Assembly: GCA_041662665.1 (NCBI GenBank)
Contig: JBAZSC010000001.1
Span: forward strand, 321,511-385,510
Length of the DNA stretch: 64,000 bases
From: Patescibacteria group bacterium
Lineage (GTDB): Bacteria > Patescibacteriota > JABMPQ01 > JAQVVF01
Reading direction: 5' to 3'
The notes beneath the pieces were generated by a model. It made no database searches. It had not been told where the DNA came from and saw only the letters and a list, made by a program, of their open reading frames with translations. Below are positions 1 through 8,710 of the stretch, piece by piece. The position numbers were made by a program, and so were the translations under genes. Position 1 is the first letter of the stretch. The number at the start of each line of letters is the position of its first letter.

Positions 1-1822
1 CAGATTCAAGCTGGAAGACACCGACAGTTTGCGCTTTTTGCAACAAATCATAAGTAGTTTTATCATCCATTTCTAATTTAGTGAAATCTACTTTTACACC
101 ATGTACTGCTTCGATAATTTCCAAAGCTTTTTCAATAATTGTTAAGTTTGCTAATCCTAAAAAGTCCATTTTAAGAAGCCCCAAATTTTCAATTGCATGC
201 ATCTCGTATTGCGTTGTGATTTCTTCGTCTCCTCTTGTAGAAAATTGATATGGCGTATAAGTGTCTAGTGGATCTTTAGTAATTACAACTCCGCAAGCAT
301 GAGTTGAAGAATGTCTTGCAACACCTTCTAATTTTTTCGCAGAATCAAATAATACTTTTGCTTGTGGATCGCCATTATAAAAAGCTGTTAATTCAGGATT
401 TATCTTTAAAGCTTCAGAAATAGTTGAGCCCAATGGAATCATCTTTGCTGCTTTATCGCAATAATCGTAAGGATAGCTCAAAACTCTTCCGCAATCGCGA
501 ACTGCAGCTTTTGCAGCCATTTTTCCAAAAGTAACAATTTGAGCTACATGATCAGCTCCGTATTTTCTTTTTACATATTGCAAAACTTCGCCTCTCCTTG
601 TGTCAGCAAAATCCATATCAATATCAGGCATGCTTATTCTTTCAGGATTCAAAAATCTTTCAAATAATAAATCATTTTTAATTGGATCAAGATCAGTAAT
701 TCTCAATAAATAGGCGATTAGTGAACCTGCCGCGGAACCCCTGCCTGGGCCGACCACTATGCCAGTATCTTTTGCCCAATTCACAAAATCAGAGACAATC
801 AAAAAATAAGAAGCAAAGCCAGTTTTTTCAATAACTGACATTTCATAATCTAGTCTTTCCACAATTATTTTATCAAGCTCATTTCTTCCTTTACCAAATC
901 TCTTTGTCAAGCCTTCCTCGCATTGTTGTTTTAAATAATCCATTGGAGTCAAATCCTTTGGCACAACAAAAAAAGGAAGCTTAGTTTTGCCTAATTCTAT
1001 TTCAACATTGCATTGCTCAGCGATTTTTAAAGTATTTGAAATTGCTTCTGGAGTATTAATAAAATCTCTTTCCATTTCTTCGGTCGGTTTCATTGAAAAA
1101 TCTTCACCCATCATTGACATTCTCTTCTTATCATCAACTTTTTTTTGCAATTGAATGCATAGCAAAATATCCTGGATTCTGTCATCTTCTTTTTTTAGAT
1201 AATGAATATCATTTGTTGCAACCAATGGTGCTCCAATTTCTTTTGCAATTGCAATTAATTTTTCATTTGCTTCAGCTTGTTTTTTGATAGTCGCATGATG
1301 TTGAAGTTCAAGATAATAATTTTCTTTACCAAATATTTCTTGATATTTCAAAGCAGTTTCTTTTGCTAAATTTACATTACTTAAAGCTTCTCGAGCAATC
1401 TGTCCTTCAATGCATGCCGAAAGTCCTATCAAGCCTTTGCAATTACTTTTTAGTAATTCAAAATCAATTCTTGGTTTATAATAAAAACCTTCAACATGTG
1501 CTTTTGAAATTAATTTCAGCAAATTTTGGTATCCTTCTTGGTTTCTTGCAAGTAAAATCAAATGGTAAGGTCTTACATCAATGTGAGCGCGTTTATCACT
1601 CATTTTGTTTGGCGCAACATATGTTTCAACGCCAAGTATAGGTTTAATGCCCGCATCCTTGCAAGCTTGATAAAATTCAACAATTCCATACATTACACCA
1701 TGATCAGTCAATGCTACAGCTGGCATGCCCAATTCTTTTGCACGCGAAACCAGCTCGTCAATTTTTGGCAAGCCATCAAGTAGGGAATAGTGGCTATGTG
1801 TGTGAAGATGAACGAAAGGCAT
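1..1822 (-). CDS. dnaE: DNA polymerase III alpha subunit, N-terminal part (gene continues past window start)
   Basis: Absent from the ORF track because it runs off the edge. Reverse-strand translation from the ATG at 1822-1820 reads MPFVHLHTHSHYSLLDGLPKIDELVSRAKELGMPAVALTDHGVMYG, a PHP-domain N-terminus typical of DnaE. Confidence 0.85.
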   Translation of the reverse strand, partial: MPFVHLHTHSHYSLLDGLPKIDELVSRAKELGMPAVALTDHGVMYGIVEFYQACKDAGIKPILGVETYVAPNKMSDKRAHIDVRPYHLILLARNQEGYQNLLKLISKAHVEGFYYKPRIDFELLKSNCKGLIGLSACIEGQIAREALSNVNLAKETALKYQEIFGKENYYLELQHHATIKKQAEANEKLIAIAKEIGAPLVATNDIHYLKKEDDRIQDILLCIQLQKKVDDKKRMSMMGEDFSMKPTEEMERDFINTPEAISNTLKIAEQCNVEIELGKTKLPFFVVPKDLTPMDYLKQQCEEGLTKRFGKGRNELDKIIVERLDYEMSVIEKTGFASYFLIVSDFVNWAKDTGIVVGPGRGSAAGSLIAYLLRITDLDPIKNDLLFERFLNPERISMPDIDMDFADTRRGEVLQYVKRKYGADHVAQIVTFGKMAAKAAVRDCGRVLSYPYDYCDKAAKMIPLGSTISEALKINPELTAFYNGDPQAKVLFDSAKKLEGVARHSSTHACGVVITKDPLDTYTPYQFSTRGDEEITTQYEMHAIENLGLLKMDFLGLANLTIIEKALEIIEAVHGVKVDFTKLEMDDKTTYDLLQKAQTVGVFQLES

Positions 1823-1825
1823 ACG

Positions 1826-1947
1826 AATTTTCAATTATCAATTTACAATTTTCAATTAATTACTCAATTTTCAATTTTCAACTCGTCGTTTACTGAAAAT
1901 TGACGTTTGAAAATTTAATGGAAATTGGTCATTGATTATTGAAAATT
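1826..1947. repeat. Long AT-rich word-built inverted repeat (ttttcaat / aattgaaaa words)
   Basis: The left arm aattttcaattatcaatttacaattttcaatt... faces the right arm ...aattggtcattgattattgaaaatt across a short loop. Confidence 0.7.
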
Positions 1948-2550
1948 TTATTTATGCTTGCTTTGAAAATAATAAACCGTTCCAACAACAAGAATTGCGA
2001 TTCCAGCTATTAATAAAATAATAAATAGAACCCAACTAAAAATCAGGTGGGAGAGCGAGACAAAAATATCGACTAGTATTCTGCCAAAACTTGTAGAATC
2101 AAGTAAAAAGATTGTTAAGAAAAAAATAAAAAAAATTAAAATATACTTTTTAAAAAAATCTTTTGGACTTGGCAAGAAAGTCTGTAAATATAGTTTTGTT
2201 TTTTTGAATGCTGATATTTTCTTTTTTCTATAATCACTCAAATCAGTTATCGCTTGATAATAAATTTCCAAGTTTTTAATTGTCTCAATTTTTGTCAGAG
2301 TAAAATTTTCTTTTTCGACAATTTTTTTGCATAATGCTCTTGTTTTTTCTAATTCATTTGCATCTGTATAAACAAAGCTTAAAGCCGAGATTTGTCTTTC
2401 TAAATCATCGCCTGGCAAATCAAAATCAGACACTGCTTCTTTAAAAAGTTTTTCAGTTTCAACTAAAGCCATCATATTTCCAGAATCAGTTTTTTCTGAT
2501 AAATATTTTTCTACTTTTTCCCATGACAATTCTTTGTTTTTTTCAGACAT
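1948..2550 (-). CDS. Hypothetical membrane protein (soluble N-terminal half, C-terminal TM helices)
   Basis: 200-aa ORF. The C-terminal half is hydrophobic (ILIFFIFFLTIFLL, VLFIILLIAGIAILVVG). I recognise no family. Confidence 0.5.
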   Translation of the reverse strand: MSEKNKELSWEKVEKYLSEKTDSGNMMALVETEKLFKEAVSDFDLPGDDLERQISALSFVYTDANELEKTRALCKKIVEKENFTLTKIETIKNLEIYYQAITDLSDYRKKKISAFKKTKLYLQTFLPSPKDFFKKYILIFFIFFLTIFLLDSTSFGRILVDIFVSLSHLIFSWVLFIILLIAGIAILVVGTVYYFQSKHK

Positions 2551-2615
2551 TTTTTATGTGATTTACGAATTTACCTTACAGATTATTATATAATAAAACA
2601 TACTTAAACTCAAAC

Positions 2616-2644
2616 AAAAAGCGGACCCTTCTGATCCGCTTTTT
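2616..2644. terminator. Bidirectional intrinsic terminator
   Basis: aaaaagcggacccttctgatccgcttttt: stem agcgga/tccgct flanked by an A-run and a T-run, lying between two minus-strand genes. Confidence 0.6.
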
Positions 2645-2651
2645 GGGAATT

Positions 2652-5393
2652 TTATTGTGCTACTTTACTGAAATCAGCGCTATTTAGGAATTCCTTTTTT
2701 ATTTCTTGAATTGATTTTTCAGTGCTATCCCAGTAGTTAACTCCGCCAACATCCGCTGCTCTAGCGTACAAAGTTTCATATAATTCTACAATTGCAGCTT
2801 TGCGGCCACTACTTTTTTCTATAGAAGCCAATCTATCATTATATTCTTTACTCGTCGCCAGTTTTTGTCTCATTTCTTTTGCATTTGATAATTTTGTCAA
2901 TGAAGCAATTCCAGTTTGGTCACCGCCACGTTTTAACACAATTTCATATGCAAGATTAGCTTGGGCTTTTTTCTGCTCATCTGCAGGCATTGCCGAAATA
3001 TTTCCAACTGATTCAGGGCTTACTGATATTGCAAATTTTGCGCCTACTATATCAATCTTATTATCATCATCTCTTTCAACTTGCTTTAGCCAATAATCAA
3101 CGCCATTCGGATCAGAAATTTTATCTAAATTATCAGCATAGATTCTATCATGTATTTTTCGATACAGCATTTCTATCGTTTTTTTATTGCCAATCTTTTT
3201 TTCAGTTGCTTGAATACGTTTGTCAAATTCTCCAAATTTTCTGTCATTTAGCAATGTAAACTGTACTCCTTTAAGACTTAATGGCTCTTGTCCTTCTGGT
3301 TTATAGAAAAAGCTTGGACCGCCAGCTCTTAAAGAGTTATCTGGTTGTTCATATTTTTCCAATTCAAAAGTATCGCCCAAAACTAAATTATAATAATAGA
3401 GAATAGTTTGAAATCTGTTTAAAGTTTTGAATTCTGAAGAATTTGAGGATTTATCGCCAAAACTTACTTGAAAATAATATGGTTTTCTACCATTTACAAA
3501 TCCGGCATCATTTTTATCTGACAATTGACCGCCTTGTAGATTTTCTAAAACGACATAATAAAGATCTTTTGTTTTATCATAATGCGTTTGTGCAGTTGTT
3601 TGATTTTCAAGAATAACAAAGCCATTAGCATCAGTTTGAATATTTTTTGGATCAACTGTTCCGTATGTAAATATTAAATCCTGATTTTTATAACTATCAT
3701 TGCCAACTTTCCATGTAATGATCTCACGATTTTCATTTCTTGGGATTACAGTTGGATTTACCATTAGAGCAGGTTCATTTCCATTATTTAAAACCGCCTC
3801 GCATTTATCATTTACCAAAACTTGACCTTCAGGACAATTGCCTTGAACTGATGTGCATTCTTCTGTACATCCATTTCGAGTCGTTCCAATAGGACAAACA
3901 AAATTATCCAAGCATACATTTCCTCCGTCATCTGGCGGTATAGGAGCTGTGCATTCTCCATTAACTATTTCTTGACCTTCTTCGCATTGTGTTGCGATAT
4001 TTGCGACAAATTTAATGGAAGTTAAAACTAAATGTGATGGCATTGTCACAACAACTGCAGAATTTACTTGTGTTGGTGGCATGCCTGGAACATCGCCCAA
4101 AGCGCCAACACAAGTATATAATTTTTGATAATTAGTAATTCCCGGATTTTTGGAGAAAAATTCTCCCATTAAGTAATCATTAAAATATTTAATTGGTTCT
4201 TTTAAGTGTTGTCCGGCAATACAAGTGGGCGCATCAACATTAATATCGGCATTGCCTTCAACTGGCAAATAGATCGGAGAAGTTCCACCCTGTCCTTCCA
4301 AAAGCCCAAAGTTATTACTGCCAAAATTATATCTTTGATTATAAACTTGCATAAAAGGACCGCTTCCATCTTTAGAATATTTATAAATTACAGCATATTG
4401 TAATTTTTTTCCTTGAGCATTTTGAGGCACATCATAAGCAAAATGATCTATATTATTTTGCATCGGAATCAACGGAATTCTCACCCATGTATTACCTTCA
4501 TTAAAGCTTACTAAAAATTTAATATTCTCAAAGAATGTCTTTTGATTGCTCGATGGGCTATAAGCAATGTCTCCTGTAACATTTCCAAAATTATTACTTG
4601 TATTTGCTAAATTATCTGAGAAAAAAAGACCATCAGTAAATTCTTTTTTAAAAGTACTATCAAAAAATGGTTGAACAGTACCAACGTTAGCATTTGAAAC
4701 ATTATTGAAAGTATAATCAGCCGGTTTGCCCTCATCTACTGTTAAAGCAATTTTATTGCTTACAATTCCGCAGATGCCAACTTGAATTTCAGAAGATCCT
4801 TGACCTATAGGCATTACTGTTCCATTGTTATAAACAAATAAAGCATCAGGATTATTTGATGACCATCTCAATAAATCGCTCCAGGCAACTGTGTCAAAAT
4901 TTACAAAATAATTTTTAAGATCAATATCTTGTATTGTTGAAGTATTTGCATCAATATCTTGAGAATTAATTTTTATCTTTACGAATTTATCAAGGCTTGG
5001 TTCATTTATTGAATTAGAATCAATTGCGGTCTGATTATTTGCAGTGCTAATTTCGATAGAAGATATTTTTTGTTTTAATTCATTAGGACAAAGATAGCCA
5101 ATTTTATCAGGACTCAAATCTCTATCAAAACTTGATTTATTGCTGTATATCGATAAATTTTTTTGAGCGAAACCTGCTTGAGGATTTAATTTTACATCAT
5201 CCTTCAAAACCAAATGTTCAGAATTAGAAAAATCTTCATCTACAGTTATTGACTGATCTAAAACTACTGCAGCAAAATACCAAATAGTAGTTCCAATTCC
5301 AACAGCAACTAGAATTGCTAAAACGATACCAGTTACAGTTCTGACTTTGCTGCTTGATGTCGTTTTTGTTATTGTTTTCTTTTGATTATTCAT
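2652..5393 (-). CDS. Giant N-terminally anchored surface protein, paralog 1 (Cys-rich EGF-like middle, DUF4214-like C-terminal repeats)
   Basis: 913-aa ORF with one N-terminal TM helix (GIVLAILVAVGIGTTIWYFAAVV). The central Cys-rich stretch is CEEGQEIVNGECT...CPEGQVLVNDKCE. The C-terminal block is shared with the next two genes (FKTLNRFQTILYYYN, DRIYADNL, GVDYW, ELYETLYARAADVGGVNYWDS). Confidence 0.8.
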   Translation of the reverse strand: MNNQKKTITKTTSSSKVRTVTGIVLAILVAVGIGTTIWYFAAVVLDQSITVDEDFSNSEHLVLKDDVKLNPQAGFAQKNLSIYSNKSSFDRDLSPDKIGYLCPNELKQKISSIEISTANNQTAIDSNSINEPSLDKFVKIKINSQDIDANTSTIQDIDLKNYFVNFDTVAWSDLLRWSSNNPDALFVYNNGTVMPIGQGSSEIQVGICGIVSNKIALTVDEGKPADYTFNNVSNANVGTVQPFFDSTFKKEFTDGLFFSDNLANTSNNFGNVTGDIAYSPSSNQKTFFENIKFLVSFNEGNTWVRIPLIPMQNNIDHFAYDVPQNAQGKKLQYAVIYKYSKDGSGPFMQVYNQRYNFGSNNFGLLEGQGGTSPIYLPVEGNADINVDAPTCIAGQHLKEPIKYFNDYLMGEFFSKNPGITNYQKLYTCVGALGDVPGMPPTQVNSAVVVTMPSHLVLTSIKFVANIATQCEEGQEIVNGECTAPIPPDDGGNVCLDNFVCPIGTTRNGCTEECTSVQGNCPEGQVLVNDKCEAVLNNGNEPALMVNPTVIPRNENREIITWKVGNDSYKNQDLIFTYGTVDPKNIQTDANGFVILENQTTAQTHYDKTKDLYYVVLENLQGGQLSDKNDAGFVNGRKPYYFQVSFGDKSSNSSEFKTLNRFQTILYYYNLVLGDTFELEKYEQPDNSLRAGGPSFFYKPEGQEPLSLKGVQFTLLNDRKFGEFDKRIQATEKKIGNKKTIEMLYRKIHDRIYADNLDKISDPNGVDYWLKQVERDDDNKIDIVGAKFAISVSPESVGNISAMPADEQKKAQANLAYEIVLKRGGDQTGIASLTKLSNAKEMRQKLATSKEYNDRLASIEKSSGRKAAIVELYETLYARAADVGGVNYWDSTEKSIQEIKKEFLNSADFSKVAQ

Positions 5394-5541
5394 ATTATTT
5401 TTTTATTTTTTTTGGCATTTAAAATTAAAATCATAAATTTAGTATACATTATTTTATAAAAATCGTAAACAAATATTTAGTAACAAAGGAAAAAAATCAA
5501 AATAAAAACGGGCTTAATTCAGCCCGTAATATTTTATCAAA

Positions 5542-8500
5542 CTATTCAGAAGCTGCAGTTCTAAATTCATCGCTATTTAGGAATTCTGCTTTGATCTCTG
5601 GTATCGATTGTCCTGTACTATCCCAGTAATCAACACCTGCTTTATCAGCTGGTCTTGCATAAATTGTCTCATATAATTCTGTAATTGCGCCTTTTTTGCC
5701 AGATGCTTTTTCAATATCTATTAATCTCTGATTATATTCCTGGCTATTAAACAGATTTTCTCTCATTCCTAGTTGGCTATCAAATGTATCCATTAAGTAT
5801 TTCACGCCATTTTTATCACCAGCGCGTTTTAGTACAACTATATAGGCAAATTCTGCTTGAGCTTCATTTTCACTAGCTGCCATTTCTGCTAATTGATCTC
5901 GATATTCATTACTTACAGAAATTCCGTATTTAACTGCTGATTTGTTCAAGCGATCTGCTTCAGCAATATCAGTCATTTGACTTAGCCAGAAATCAGCTCC
6001 TTCACCAGCAAACTTGTATAAATTATCATCGTAGATTCTATCCAAAATCTTTTTATACAACCAAGTCACCAAATTCATATTTTTCTTTTTCTTGTCCAAT
6101 GTTTCATCAAAGACTTTGAATTTGCGGTCATTGATCATTGCAAATCTGATGCCAGGCAAGCTTAGATTTGTATCGTACCAGAATTTTACGCCGCCATTTT
6201 GTTCTTTATTCCAGTCATAATCTTTAGTCAAATCATAATTTCTGTCAAAGATCCAATTGTAATAGTAGAGGACTGTTCTCATGCGATTTAGCGTTTTGAA
6301 GCTTGCTAGAGTAGTTGTTTTGTTGCTATCAACATACAAGCCCTTATCTCCAACCATGAAGCGATAATAATATTTCATTCTTCCATCAGTAAAGCCATTA
6401 TCATTGAATCCTTGCTTTTCTCCACCTTCCAATTTTCTTAATACCACATAATATTGATTAGCTTTATCATCATATCTTACTTCTGCTTCTTTGTTTAAAT
6501 TATTCTTATCAGTTCCATATTTGAATGTTAAAGTCTTAGCGTCAAAAGCAGTTTTAACTTCATTTTTTGAATTATCATCATTGCCTAAAATTTTCACAAT
6601 TACGCGATCACTGCCTCTGAAAATATTAGTTGCAGTTACAGAAACATTTGGCAATCCTTGCATTCCAGTTGTATCTGTTTCAATGTCGCTCGGATTCTGT
6701 GTGCCTGGATCAACTTGATCACCAACATTTTCTCCATCACTAGTAGATTCAGCAACATTGATTTGAATAGTATTTGAACTGATAGGTGAATTACCAAGAA
6801 AAGTCAATTTTGCATTATAAACACCTGGATTTTCATATGTATGTTTTGGAGATTTCAGATTTGTGAAACTAGCTGATCCTTGCTGATCTCCAAACACCCA
6901 TCCGTAAGAAGCTGAGTTAATGCTACCTTCTTTAATACCAAATTGAACTTCGCAAGGCGCTTTATCGCATGATGTAGGGGTTGCTGTAATCGTCGCTGCT
7001 TGTCCTACTGGAGTTGGCGTTGTTGCTGTCGCTGAAGTTGTAGCTACCTTAAATTTTAAATTAGTTAAAATCAAATCAGAAGGTAACGTTACTACTGCAA
7101 TCGATCTTAACTCAAAATCACCACCAGCGATATAGTTTTCTTTTTGATAGTTTGAAATACCTGGTTCTTTAGAAGCAAAAGGGCTCATTAAAAAATCATC
7201 ATAAAGTTCTGCATTATAAGCATGTCTGGCTAATTCTTGATCAGTAATACGCGTATAGTCATTTTGAAACTCAATATTTGAAGAAACATTATTCTGATTC
7301 AAAAACAAAACTTTATTTTGAGCAAGACCATCTGTATTATTGCCTGGTGTATAAAATATCCCTTTTACTTCTTCTCCTCCAAGAAGTGGTTTACTTTTTA
7401 CAACATTAGGAAGACTCTTGGAAATATCCTTATTATATTGATATGCCACAGCCCATTTCAATTTTTTACTTTTTAGTAAGCTGTCGTCTGGAACATTATA
7501 AGAAAATGAAAAACCATCTGTCGTTTTTGTGTTAGAAATTGGCACAAAATTCCAAGACTCTCCATCGTCAAAACTAAAATATAGTTGGACTTGTGATTTT
7601 ATTACTTGATCATCATTATATTTCAAGAAACCTTCTACATTTTTTATTACATTATTTTCATTTTTTATTTTTCCTGCAAGAGTATTTATTATATTATCAG
7701 AACTAATGCTTCCTGAAATTTCACCAATGTAATCTTTTGATGTAACTAATCTATTAGTATATTTATTAGCAAAAAAACTTTTTGTTGTGCCAATTCCAGC
7801 TGTTGTAGTATTATCAAAAGTATATTTCTCAGTTGGTTGAGAAACATTTTGCCCTGGATTAACATCAATGACAATATTCAATACATCCGTGTTTGATTTA
7901 TCGCACAAATTCATAAAAACACCAGCAGCACCTGGCATAACTGGCCATACAGATCCATTATTTTGTACGATTAATTTGGTTGGATCTGTTACCCATCGTA
8001 CTAAATCTGATAATTTTACATCAGGTTTATTCTTAATTAGTGTTTTTAAATCTATATTTGATCCTTTTAAATTAAAAGTACTTGAATTCAAATCAACATT
8101 GTTGCCATTAATTTTCAGCTTTATGAAATTTTCGAATTTTGTTGCGTTATTAGATAAATCACTAGTATTTATATGATAATAATTTTGATAATCCGGATCA
8201 CTTGAATGCTGTAAGGCTTCACTATCAACATAAAGTTCTACTGTATCTATTGCATCCTTTAACTGTTTCGGACAAATATTATTTTGTTCTCTATTCGAAA
8301 AACTTTTATCCGTACTTGGTAGAATTAATTTATCATCTCTGTCGCTACTATCTCGAATATTTAATGCTTCTTTTTTCAGATTCATATGATCTACTTTTCC
8401 AAAACTTTCATTTATGTATTCAGATGAAAATGTTGGCGCGACCGCAAAATTCCAAATCGCAAAACCAATTCCAGCTAAAGCTGCTACTCCCGCGACAATA

Positions 8501-8553
8501 CCCACAATCAAGCCGGTTTTTGACCGAGTCTTGACACTTGTATCAGTTGTCAT
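5542..8553 (-). CDS. Giant N-terminally anchored surface protein, paralog 2 (PKD-like domain, DUF4214-like C-terminal repeats)
   Basis: 1003-aa ORF with an N-terminal TM helix. It has a PKD-like segment (YGWVFGDQQGSASFTNLKSPKHTYENPGVYNAKLTF). Its C-terminal ~330 aa are colinear with paralog 3 (RMKYYYRF, TLNRMRTVLYYYNWIFDR, LVTWLYKKILDRIYDDNLYKF, ELYETIYARPADKAGVDYWDST). Confidence 0.8.
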   Translation of the reverse strand: MTTDTSVKTRSKTGLIVGIVAGVAALAGIGFAIWNFAVAPTFSSEYINESFGKVDHMNLKKEALNIRDSSDRDDKLILPSTDKSFSNREQNNICPKQLKDAIDTVELYVDSEALQHSSDPDYQNYYHINTSDLSNNATKFENFIKLKINGNNVDLNSSTFNLKGSNIDLKTLIKNKPDVKLSDLVRWVTDPTKLIVQNNGSVWPVMPGAAGVFMNLCDKSNTDVLNIVIDVNPGQNVSQPTEKYTFDNTTTAGIGTTKSFFANKYTNRLVTSKDYIGEISGSISSDNIINTLAGKIKNENNVIKNVEGFLKYNDDQVIKSQVQLYFSFDDGESWNFVPISNTKTTDGFSFSYNVPDDSLLKSKKLKWAVAYQYNKDISKSLPNVVKSKPLLGGEEVKGIFYTPGNNTDGLAQNKVLFLNQNNVSSNIEFQNDYTRITDQELARHAYNAELYDDFLMSPFASKEPGISNYQKENYIAGGDFELRSIAVVTLPSDLILTNLKFKVATTSATATTPTPVGQAATITATPTSCDKAPCEVQFGIKEGSINSASYGWVFGDQQGSASFTNLKSPKHTYENPGVYNAKLTFLGNSPISSNTIQINVAESTSDGENVGDQVDPGTQNPSDIETDTTGMQGLPNVSVTATNIFRGSDRVIVKILGNDDNSKNEVKTAFDAKTLTFKYGTDKNNLNKEAEVRYDDKANQYYVVLRKLEGGEKQGFNDNGFTDGRMKYYYRFMVGDKGLYVDSNKTTTLASFKTLNRMRTVLYYYNWIFDRNYDLTKDYDWNKEQNGGVKFWYDTNLSLPGIRFAMINDRKFKVFDETLDKKKKNMNLVTWLYKKILDRIYDDNLYKFAGEGADFWLSQMTDIAEADRLNKSAVKYGISVSNEYRDQLAEMAASENEAQAEFAYIVVLKRAGDKNGVKYLMDTFDSQLGMRENLFNSQEYNQRLIDIEKASGKKGAITELYETIYARPADKAGVDYWDSTGQSIPEIKAEFLNSDEFRTAASE

Positions 8554-8710
8554 TTGTTTTAATTAATTTATTATTTAAAAATTTAATAAAAAATAAAAAT
8601 TTTTATTCAAATATTTACAAATATATTTTGCAATCAAACTTAAAATTGACTGAATATATTATATCATAAAAAATGAAACATCATATCAACAGCTTTAACA
8701 ATTCGTATTT

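Noticed and set aside
1093-1896. Four plus-strand ORFs (1093-1287, 1363-1641, 1562-1783, 1711-1896).
   Set aside because: They are antisense to the dnaE PHP-domain coding region, which translates cleanly on the minus strand up to the ATG at 1822.
2800-3259. Numerous 60-170-aa ORFs antisense to or overlapping native genes (e.g. 2800-3096, 2990-3259, 8202-8534, 16454-16813, 17669-17896, 20116-20376, 21086-21702, 23407-23808, 30603-31052, 46606-46980).
   Set aside because: They lie inside well-supported longer genes on the opposite strand or in another frame. They are low-complexity in composition and lack any start signal. I treated them as shadow ORFs.
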